From the human T2T-CHM13v2.0 reference genome, Homo sapiens: a stretch of DNA of 64,000 nt. The notes beneath the pieces were generated by a model, which did not search any database, had not been told where the DNA came from, and worked only from the letters and a program-made list of their open reading frames with translations. A program made the position numbers and the translations under genes. The stretch lies in NCBI RefSeq assembly GCF_009914755.1, contig NC_060925.1. One strand, 5' to 3'. Shown here in pieces: positions 52,500 to 63,000 of the stretch; position 1 is the stretch's first letter, and each line of letters opens with the position of its first letter.

Positions 52500-55400
52500 T
52501 TTCTACCATTGACCTCAAAGCGGCTGAAATCTCCACTTGCAAATTCCACAAAAAGAGTGTTTCAAGTCTGCTCTGTGTAAAGGATCATTCAACTCTGTGA
52601 GTTGAATAAACACAACACAAGGAAGTTACTGAGAATTCTTCTGTCTAGCAGAATATGAAGAAATCCCGTTTCCAACGAAGGCCTCAAGGAGGTCTGAATA
52701 TCCACTTGCAGACTTTACAAACAGAGTGTTTCCTAACTGCTCTATGAGAAGAAAAGTTAAACTCTGTGAGTTGAACGCACACATCACAAAAGATTTTCTG
52801 AGAATCATTCTGTCTAGTCTTTATATGAAGATAGTTTCCTTTTCTACCATTGACCTCAAAGCGGCTGAAATCTCCACTTGCAAATTCCACAAAAAGAGTG
52901 TTTCAAGTCTGCTCTGTGTAAAGGATCGTTCAACTCTGTGAGTTGAATACCCACAACACAAGGAAGTTACTGAGAATTCTTCTGTCTAGCAGAATATGAA
53001 GAAATCCCGTTTCCAACGAAGGCCACAAGATGTCAGAATATCCACTTACAGACTTTACAAACAGAGTGTTTCCTAACTGCTCTATGAACAGAAAGGTTAA
53101 ACTCTGTGAGTTGAACGAACACATCACAACGCAGTTTGTGGGAATGATTCTGTCTAATTTTGAAACGAAGATATTTCCTTTTCTGCCGTTGACCTTAAAG
53201 CGCTTGAAAACTACACTTGCAAATTGCACAAATAGAGTGTTTCAAATCTGCTCTGTCTAAGGGAACGTTCAACTCTGTGAGTTGAATGCACACAACACAA
53301 GGAAGTTACTGGGAATTCTTCTGTCTAGCCTTACATGAAAAAAAACCGTTTCCAACGAAGGCCTCTAAATGGTCAAAATTTCCACGTGCAGACTTTAGAA
53401 ACAGAGTGTTTCCAAACCGCTGAATGAAAAGAAAAGTTAAACTCTGAGAGTTGAACGCACACATTACGCAGCAGTTTCTGAGAATGATTCTGTCTAGTTT
53501 TTATACGAAGATATTTCCTTTTCTGCCTTTGGCCCCAAAGCGCTTGAAATCTCCACTTGCAAATTCCACAAAAACAGTGTTTCAAATCTGCTCTCTCTAA
53601 ATGATAGTTCAACTCTGTCAGTTGAATACACACAACACAAGGAAGTTACTGAGAATTCTTCTGTCTAGCATAATATGAAGAAATCCCGTTTCCAACGAAG
53701 ACCTCAAAGAGGTCTGAATATCCACTTGCAGACTTCATAAACAGAGTGTTTACTAACTGCTCTATGAAAAGAAACGTTAAACTCTGTGAGTTGAACACAC
53801 ACATCACAAAGGAGTTTCTGAGAATCATTCTGTCTAGTTTTCCTACGAAGATATTTCCTTTTCTACTATTGACCTCAAAGCGGCTGAAATCTCCACTTGC
53901 AAATTCCACAAAAAGAGTGTTTCAAGTCTGCTCTGTGTAAAGGATCGTTCAACTCTGTGAGTTGAATACACACAACACAAGGAAGTTACTGAGAATTCTT
54001 CTGTCTAGCAGAATAGGAAGAAATCCCGTTTCCAACGAAGGCCTCAAGGAGGTCTGAATATCCACTTGCAGACGTTACAAACAGAGTGTTTCCTAACTGC
54101 TCTATGAAAAGAAAGGTTAAACTCTGTGAGTTGAACGCACACATCACAAAGGAGTTTCTTAGAATCGTTCTGTCTAGTTTCTATAGGAAGATATTTCCTA
54201 TTCTACCATTGACCTCAAAGCGGCTGAAATCTCCACTTGCAAATTCCACAAAAAGAGTGTTTCAAGTCTGCTCTGTGTAAAGGATCGTTCAACTCTGTGA
54301 GTTGAATACACACAACACAAGGAAGTTACTGAGAATTATTCTGTCTAGCAGAATATGAAGAAATCCCGTTTCCAAAGAAGGCCTCAAGGAGGTCTGAATA
54401 TCCACTGGCAGACTTTACAAACAGAGTGTTTCCTAACTGCTCTATGAACAGAAAGGTTAAACTCTGTGAGTTGAACGAACACATCACAACGCAGTTTGTG
54501 GGAATGATTCTGTCTAGTTTTGTAACGAAAATATTTCCTTTTCTGCCATTGACCTTAAAGCGCTTGAAATCTACACTTGCAAATTGCACAAATAGAGTGT
54601 TTCAAATCTGCTCTGTCTAAGGGAACGTTCAACTATGTGAGTTGAATGCACACAACACAAGGAAGTTACTGGGAATTCTTCTGTCTAGCCTTACATGAAA
54701 AAAACCCGTTTCCAACGAAGGCCTCAAAGAGGTCTGAATATCCACTTGCAGACTTTACAAACAGAGTGTTTCCTAACTGCTCTATGAAAAGAAGGGTTAA
54801 ACTCTGTGAGTTGAACGCACACATCACAAAGGAGTTTCTGAGAATCGTTCTGTCTAGTTTCTATAGGAAGATATTTCTTATTCTACCATTGACCTCAAAG
54901 CGGCTGAAATCTCCACTTGCAAATTCCACAAAAAGAATGTTTCAAGTCTGCTCTGTGTAAAGGATCGTTCAACTCTGTGAGTTGAATACACACAACACAA
55001 GGAAGTTACTGAGAATTCTTCTGTCTAGCATAATATGAAGAAATCCCGTTTCCAACGAAGGCCTCAAAGAGGTCGGAATATCCACTTGCAGACTTTACAA
55101 ACAGAGTGTTTCCTAACTGCTCTATGAAAAGAAAAGTTAAACTCTGTGAGTTGAACGCACACATCACAAAGGAGTTTCTGAGAATCATTCTGTCTAGTCT
55201 TTATACGAAGATATTTCCTTTTCTACCATTGACCTCAAAGCGGCTGAAATCTCCACTTGCAAATTCCACAAAAAGAGTGTTTCAAGTCTGCTCTGTGTAA
55301 AGGATCGTTCAACTCTGTGAGTTGAATACACACAACACAAGGAAGTTACTGAGAATTCTTCTGTCTAGCAGAATATGAAGAAATCCCGTTTCCAACGAAG

Positions 55401-57850
55401 GCCTCAAGGAGGTCTGAATATCCACTTGCAGACTTTACAAACAGAGTGTTTCCTAACAGCTCTATGAACAGAAAGGTTAAACTCTGTGAGTTGAACGCAC
55501 ACATCACAAAGGAGTTTCTGAGAATCATTCTGTCTAGTCTTTATACGAAGATATTTACTTTTCTACCATTGACCTCAAAGCGGCTGAAATCTCCACTTGC
55601 AAATTCCACAAAAAGAGTGTTTCAAGTCTGCTCTGTGTAAAGGATCATTCAACTCTGTGAGTTGAATAAACACAACACAAGGAAGTTACTGAGAATTCTT
55701 CTGTCTAGCAGAATATGAAGAAATCCCGTTTCCAACGAAGGCCTCAAGGAGGTCTGAATATCCACTTGCAGACTTTACAAACAGAGTGTTTCCTAACTGC
55801 TCTATGAGAAGAAAAGTTAAACTCTGTGAGTTGAACGCACACATCACAAAAGATTTTCTGAGAATCATTCTGTCTAGTCTTTATATGAAGATAGTTTCCT
55901 TTTCTACCATTGACCTCAAAGCGGCTGAAATCTCCACTTGCAAATTCCACAAAAAGAGTGTTTCAAGTCTGCTCTGTGTAAAGGATCGTTCAACTCTGTG
56001 AGTTGAATACCCACAACACAAGGAAGTTACTGAGAATTCTTCTGTCTAGCAGAATATGAAGAAATCCCGTTTCCAACGAAGGCCACAAGATGTCAGAATA
56101 TCCACTTACAGACTTTACAAACAGAGTGTTTCCTAACTGCTCTATGAACAGAAAGGTTAAACTCTGTGAGTTGAACGAACACATCACAACGCAGTTTGTG
56201 GGAATGATTCTGTCTAATTTTGAAACGAAGATATTTCCTTTTCTGCCGTTGACCTTAAAGCGCTTGAAAACTACACTTGCAAATTGCACAAATAGAGTGT
56301 TTCAAATCTGCTCTGTCTAAGGGAACGTTCAACTCTGTGAGTTGAATGCACACAACACAAGGAAGTTACTGGGAATTCTTCTGTCTAGCCTTACATGAAA
56401 AAAAACCGTTTCCAACGAAGGCCTCTAAATGGTCAAAATTTCCACGTGCAGACTTTAGAAACAGAGTGTTTCCAAACCGCTGAATGAAAAGAAAAGTTAA
56501 ACTCTGAGAGTTGAACGCACACATTACGCAGCAGTTTCTGAGAATGATTCTGTCTAGTTTTTATACGAAGATATTTCCTTTTCTGCCTTTGGCCCCAAAG
56601 CGCTTGAAATCTCCACTTGCAAATTCCACAAAAACAGTGTTTCAAATCTGCTCTCTCTAAATGATAGTTCAACTCTGTCAGTTGAATACACACAACACAA
56701 GGAAGTTACTGAGAATTCTTCTGTCTAGCATAATATGAAGAAATCCCGTTTCCAACGAAGACCTCAAAGAGGTCTGAATATCCACTTGCAGACTTCATAA
56801 ACAGAGTGTTTACTAACTGCTCTATGAAAAGAAACGTTAAACTCTGTGAGTTGAACACACACATCACAAAGGAGTTTCTGAGAATCATTCTGTCTAGTTT
56901 TCCTACGAAGATATTTCCTTTTCTACTATTGACCTCAAAGCGGCTGAAATCTCCACTTGCAAATTCCACAAAAAGAGTGTTTCAAGTCTGCTCTGTGTAA
57001 AGGATCGTTCAACTCTGTGAGTTGAATACACACAACACAAGGAAGTTACTGAGAATTCTTCTGTCTAGCAGAATAGGAAGAAATCCCGTTTCCAACGAAG
57101 GCCTCAAGGAGGTCTGAATATCCACTTGCAGACGTTACAAACAGAGTGTTTCCTAACTGCTCTATGAAAAGAAAGGTTAAACTCTGTGAGTTGAACGCAC
57201 ACATCACAAAGGAGTTTCTTAGAATCGTTCTGTCTAGTTTCTATAGGAAGATATTTCCTATTCTACCATTGACCTCAAAGCGGCTGAAATCTCCACTTGC
57301 AAATTCCACAAAAAGAGTGTTTCAAGTCTGCTCTGTGTAAAGGATCGTTCAACTCTGTGAGTTGAATACACACAACACAAGGAAGTTACTGAGAATTATT
57401 CTGTCTAGCAGAATATGAAGAAATCCCGTTTCCAAAGAAGGCCTCAAGGAGGTCTGAATATCCACTGGCAGACTTTACAAACAGAGTGTTTCCTAACTGC
57501 TCTATGAACAGAAAGGTTAAACTCTGTGAGTTGAACGAACACATCACAACGCAGTTTGTGGGAATGATTCTGTCTAGTTTTGAAACGAAAATATTTCCTT
57601 TTCTGCCATTGACCTTAAAGCGCTTGAAATCTACACTTGCAAATTGCACAAATAGAGTGTTTCAAATCTGCTCTGTCTAAGGGAACGTTCAACTCTGTGA
57701 GTTGAATGCACACAACACAAGGAAGTTACTGGGAATTCTTCTGTCTAGCCTTACATGAAAAAAACCCGTTTCCAACGAAGGCCTCAAAGAGGTCTGAATA
57801 TCCACTTGCAGACTTTACAAACAGAGTGTTTCCTAACTGCTCTATGAAAA
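52500..57850 (-). repeat. 3060-bp-offset duplication of a diverged B-C-D-E-G-(F/C)-(D/G) block
   Basis: Markers 52726/55786, 53030/56090, 53746/56806, 54086/57146, 54426/57486 and 54646/57706, with many shared private SNVs. Confidence 0.92.
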
Positions 57851-60099
57851 GAAAAGTTAAACTCTGTGAGTTGAACGCACACATCACAAAGGAGTTTCTG
57901 AGAATCGTTCTGTCTAGTTTCTATAGGAAGATATTTCCTATTCTACCATTGACCTCAAAGCGGCTGAAATCTCCACTTGCAAATTCCACAAAAAGAGTGT
58001 TTCAAGTCTGCTCTGTGTAAAGGATCATTCAACTCTGTGAGTTGAATAAACACAACACAAGGAAGTTACTGAGAATTCTTCTGTCTAGCATAATATGAAG
58101 AAATCCCGTTTCCAACGAAGGCCTCAAAGGGGTCTGAATATCCACTTGCAGACTTTATAAACAGAGTGTTTACTAACTGCTCTATGAAAAGAAAGGTTAA
58201 ACTCTGTGAGTTGAACACACACATCACAAAGGAGTTTCTGAGAATCATTCTGTCTAGTTTTTCTACGAAGATATTTCCTTTTCTACTATTGACCTCAAAG
58301 CGGCTGAAATCTCCACTTGCAAATTCCACAAAAAGAGTGTTTCAAGTCTGCTCTGTGTAAAGGATCGTTCAACTCTGTGAGTTGAATACACACAACACAA
58401 GGAAGTTACTGAGAATTCTTCTGTCTAGCAGAATATGAAGAAATCCCGTTTCCAACGAAGGCCACAAGATGTCAGAATATCCACTTACAGACTTTACAAA
58501 CAGAGTGTTTCCTAACTGCTCTATGAACAGAAAGGTTAAACTCTGTGAGTTGAACGAACACATCACAACGCAGTTTGTGGGAATGATTCTGTCTAGTTTT
58601 GAAACGAAGATATTTCCTTTTCTGCCGTTGATCTTAAAGAGCTTGAAAACTACACTTGCAAATTGCACAAATAGAGTGTTTCAAATCTGCTCTGTCTAAG
58701 GGAACGTTCAACTCTGTGAGTTGAATGCACACAACACAAGGAAGTTACTGGGAATTCTTCTGTCTAGCCTTACATGAAAAAAACCCGTTTCCAACGAAGG
58801 CCTCTAAGTGGTCAAAATTTCCACGTGCAGACTTTACAAACAGAGTGTTTCCAAACCGCTGAATGAAAAGAAAAGTTAAACTCTGAGAGTTGAACGCACA
58901 CATCACGCAGCAGTTTCTGAGAATGATTCTGTCTAGTTTTTATACGAAGATATTTCCTTTTCTGCCTTTGGCCCCAAAGCGCTTGAAATCTCCACTTGCA
59001 AATTCCACAAAAACAGTGTTTCAAATCTGCTCTCTCTAAATGAAAGTTCAACTCTGTCAGTTGAATACACACAACACAAGGAAGTTACTGAGAATTCTTC
59101 TGTCTAGCATAATATGAAGAAATCCCGTTTCCAACGAAGACCTCAAAGAGGTCTGAATATCCACTTGCAGACTTTATAAACAGAGTGTTTACTAACTGCT
59201 CTATGAAAAGAAACGTTAAACTCTGTGAGTTGAACACACACATCACAAAGGAGTTTCTGAGAATCATTCTGTCTAGTTTTTCTACGAAGATATTTCCTTT
59301 TCTACTATTGACCTCAAAGCGGCTGAAATCTCCACTTGCAAATTCCACAAAAAGAGTGTTTCAAGTCTGCTCTGTGTAAAGGATCGTTCAACTCTGTGAG
59401 TTGAATACACACAACACAAGGAAGTTACTGAGAATTCTTCTGTCTAGCAGAATATGAAGCAATCCCGTTTCCAACGAAGGCCTCAAAGAGGTCTGAATAT
59501 CCACTTGCAGACTTTACAAACAGAGTGTTTCCTAACTGCTCTATGAAAAGAAAGGTTAAACTCTGTGAGTTGAACGCACACATCACAAAGCAGTTTCTGA
59601 GAATCGTTCTGTCTAGTTTCTATAGGAAGATATTTCCTATTCTACCATTGACCTCAATGCGGCTGAAATCTCCACTTGCAAATTCCACAAAAAGAATGTT
59701 TCAAGTCTGCTCTGTGTAAAGGATCGTTCAACTCTGTGAGTTGAATACACACAACACAAGGAAGTTACTGAGAATTCTTCTGTCTAGCATAATATGAAGA
59801 AATCCCGTTTCCAATGAAGGCCTCAAAGAGGTCTGAATATCCACTTGCAGACTTTACAAACAGAGTGTTTCCTAACTGCTCTATGAAATGAAAAGTTAAA
59901 CTCTGTGAGTTGAACGCACACATCACAAAGGAGTTTATGAGAATCATTCTGTCTAGTCTTTATACGAAGATATTTCCTTTTCTACCATTGACCTCAAAGC
60001 GGCTGAAATCTCCAATTGCAAATTCCACAAAAAGAGTGTTTCAAGTCTGCTCTGTGTAAAGGATCGTTCAACTCTGTGAGTTGAATACACACAACACAA

Positions 60100-63000
60100 G
60101 GAAGTTACTGAGAATTCTTCTGTCTAGCAGAATATGAAGAAATCCCGTTTCCAACGAAGGCCTCAAGGAGGTCTGAATATCCACTTGCAGACTTTACAAA
60201 CAGAGTGTTTCCTAACTGCTCTATGAAAAGAAAGGTTAAACTCTGTGAGTTGAACACACACATCACAAAGGAGTTTCTGAGAATCATTCTGTCTAGTTTT
60301 TCTACGAAGATATTTCCTTTTCTACTATTGACCTCAAAGCGGCTGAAATCTCCACTTGCAAATTCGACAAAAAGAGTGTTTCAAGCCTGCTCTCTGTAAA
60401 GGATCCTTCAACTCTGTGAGTTGAATACACACAACACAAGGAAGTTACTGAGAATTATTCTGTCTAGCATAATATGAAGAAATCCCGTTTCCAACGAAGA
60501 CCTCAAAGAGGTCTGAATATCCACTTGCAGACTTTACAAACAGAGTGTTTCCTAACTGCTCTATGAGAAGAAAAGTTAAACTCTGTGAGTTGAACGCACA
60601 CATCACAAAAGATTTTCTGAGAATCATTCTGTCTAGTCTTTATATGAAGATAGTTTCCTTTTCTACCATTGACCTCAAAGCGGCTGAAATCTCCACTTGC
60701 AAATTCCACAAAAAGAGTGTTTCAAGTCTGCTCTGTGTAAAGGATCGTTCAACTCTGTGAGTTGAATACACACAACACAAGGAAGTTACTGAGAATTCTT
60801 CTGTCTAGCAGAATATGAAGAAATCCCGTTTCCAACGAAGGCCACAAGATGTCAGAATATCCACTTACAGACTTTACAAACAGAGTGTTTCCTAACTGCT
60901 CTATGAACAGAAAGGTTAAACTCTGTGAGTTGAACGAACACATCACAACGCAGTTTCTGGAAATGATTCTGTCTAGTTTTAAAACGAAGATATTTCCTTT
61001 TCTGCCATTGACCTTAAAGCGCTTGAAATCTACACTTGCAAATTGCACAAATAGAGTGTTTCAAATCTGCTCTGTCTAAGGGAACGTTCAACTCTGTGAG
61101 TTGAATGCACACAACACAAGGAAGTTACTGGGAATTCTTCTGTCTAGCCTTACATGAAAAAAACCCGTTTCCAACGAAGGCCTCTAAGTGGTCAAAATTT
61201 CCACGTGCAGACTTTACAAACAGAGTGTTTCCAAACCGCTGAATGAAAAGAAAAGTTAAACTCTGAGAGTTGAACGCACACATCACGCAGCAGTTTCTGA
61301 GAATGATTCTGTATAGTTTTTATACGAAGATATTTCCTTTTCTGCCTTTGGCCCCAAAGCGCTTGAAATCTCCACTTGCAAATTCCACAAAAACAGTGTT
61401 TCAAATCTGCTCTCTCTAAATGATAGTTCAACTCTGTCAGTTGAATACACACAACACAAGGAAGTTACTGCGAATTCTTCTGTCTAGCATAATATGAAGA
61501 AATCCCGTTTCCAACGAAGGCCTCAAAGGGGTCTGAATATCCACTTGCAGACTTTATAAACAGAGTGTTTACTAACTGCTCTATGAAAAGAAAGGTTAAA
61601 CTCTGTGAGTTGAACACACACATCACAAAGGAGTTTCTGAGAATCATTCTGTCTAGTTTTTCTACGAAGATATTTCCTTTTCTACTATTGACCTCAAAGC
61701 GGCTGAAATCTCCACTTGCAAATTCCACAAAAAGAGTGTTTCAAGTCTGCTCTGTGTAAAGGATCGTTCAACTCTGTGAGTTGAATACACACAACACAAG
61801 GAAGTTACTGAGAATTCTTCTGTCTACCAGAATATGAAGAAATCCCGTTTCCAACGAAGGCCTCAAAGAGGTCTGAATATCCACTTGCAGACTTTACAAA
61901 CAGAGTGTTTCCTAACTGCTCTATGAAAAGAAAGGTTAAACTCTGTGAGTTGAACGCACACATCACAAAGGAGTTTCTGAGAATCATTCTGTCTAGTTTC
62001 TATAGGAAGATATTTCCTATTCTACCATTGACCTCAAAGCGGCTGAAATCTCCACTTGCAAATTCCACAAAAAGAGTGTTTCAAGTCTGCTCTGTGTAAA
62101 GGATCGTTCAACTCTGAGTTGAATACACACAACACAAGGAAGTTACTGAGAATTCTTCTGTCTAGCAGAATATGAAGAAATCCCGTTTCCAACGAAGGCC
62201 TCAAGGAGGTCTGAATATCCACTTGCAGACTTTACAAACAGAGTGTTTCTTAACTGCTCTATGAAAAGAAAGGTTAAACTCTGTGAGTTGAACACACACA
62301 TCACAAAGGAGTTTCTGAGAATCATTCTGTCTAGTTTTTCTACGAAGATATTTCCTTTTCTACTATTGACCTCAAAGCGGCTGAAATCTCCACTTGCAAA
62401 TTCCACAAAAAGAGTGTTTCAAGTCTGCTCTCTGTAAAGGATCGTTCAACTCTGAGTTGAATACACACAACACAAGGAAGTTACTGAGAATTCTTCTGTC
62501 TAGCAGAATATGAAGAAATCCCGTTTCCAACGAAGGCCTCAAGGAGGTCTGAATATCCACTTGCAGACTTTACAAACAGAGTGTTTCTTAACTGCTCTAT
62601 GAAAAGAAAGGTTAAACTCTGTGAGTTGAACACACACATCACAAAGGAGTTTCTGAGAATCATTCTGTCTAGTTTTTCTACGAAGATATTTCCTTTTCTA
62701 CTATTGACCTCAAAGCGGCTGAAATCTCCACTTGCAAATTCCACAAAAAGAGTGTTTCAAGTCTGCTCTGTGTAAAGGATCGTTCAACTCTGTGAGTTGA
62801 ATAAACACAACACAAGGAAGTTACTGAGAATTCTTCTGTCTAGCAGAATATGAAGAAATCCCGTTTCCAACGAAGGCCTCAAGGAGGTCTGAATATCCAC
62901 TTGCAGACTTTACAAACAGAGTGTTTCCTAACTGCTCTATGAAAAGAAAGGTTAAACTCTGTGAGTTGAACACACACATCACAAAGGAGTTTCTGAGAAT

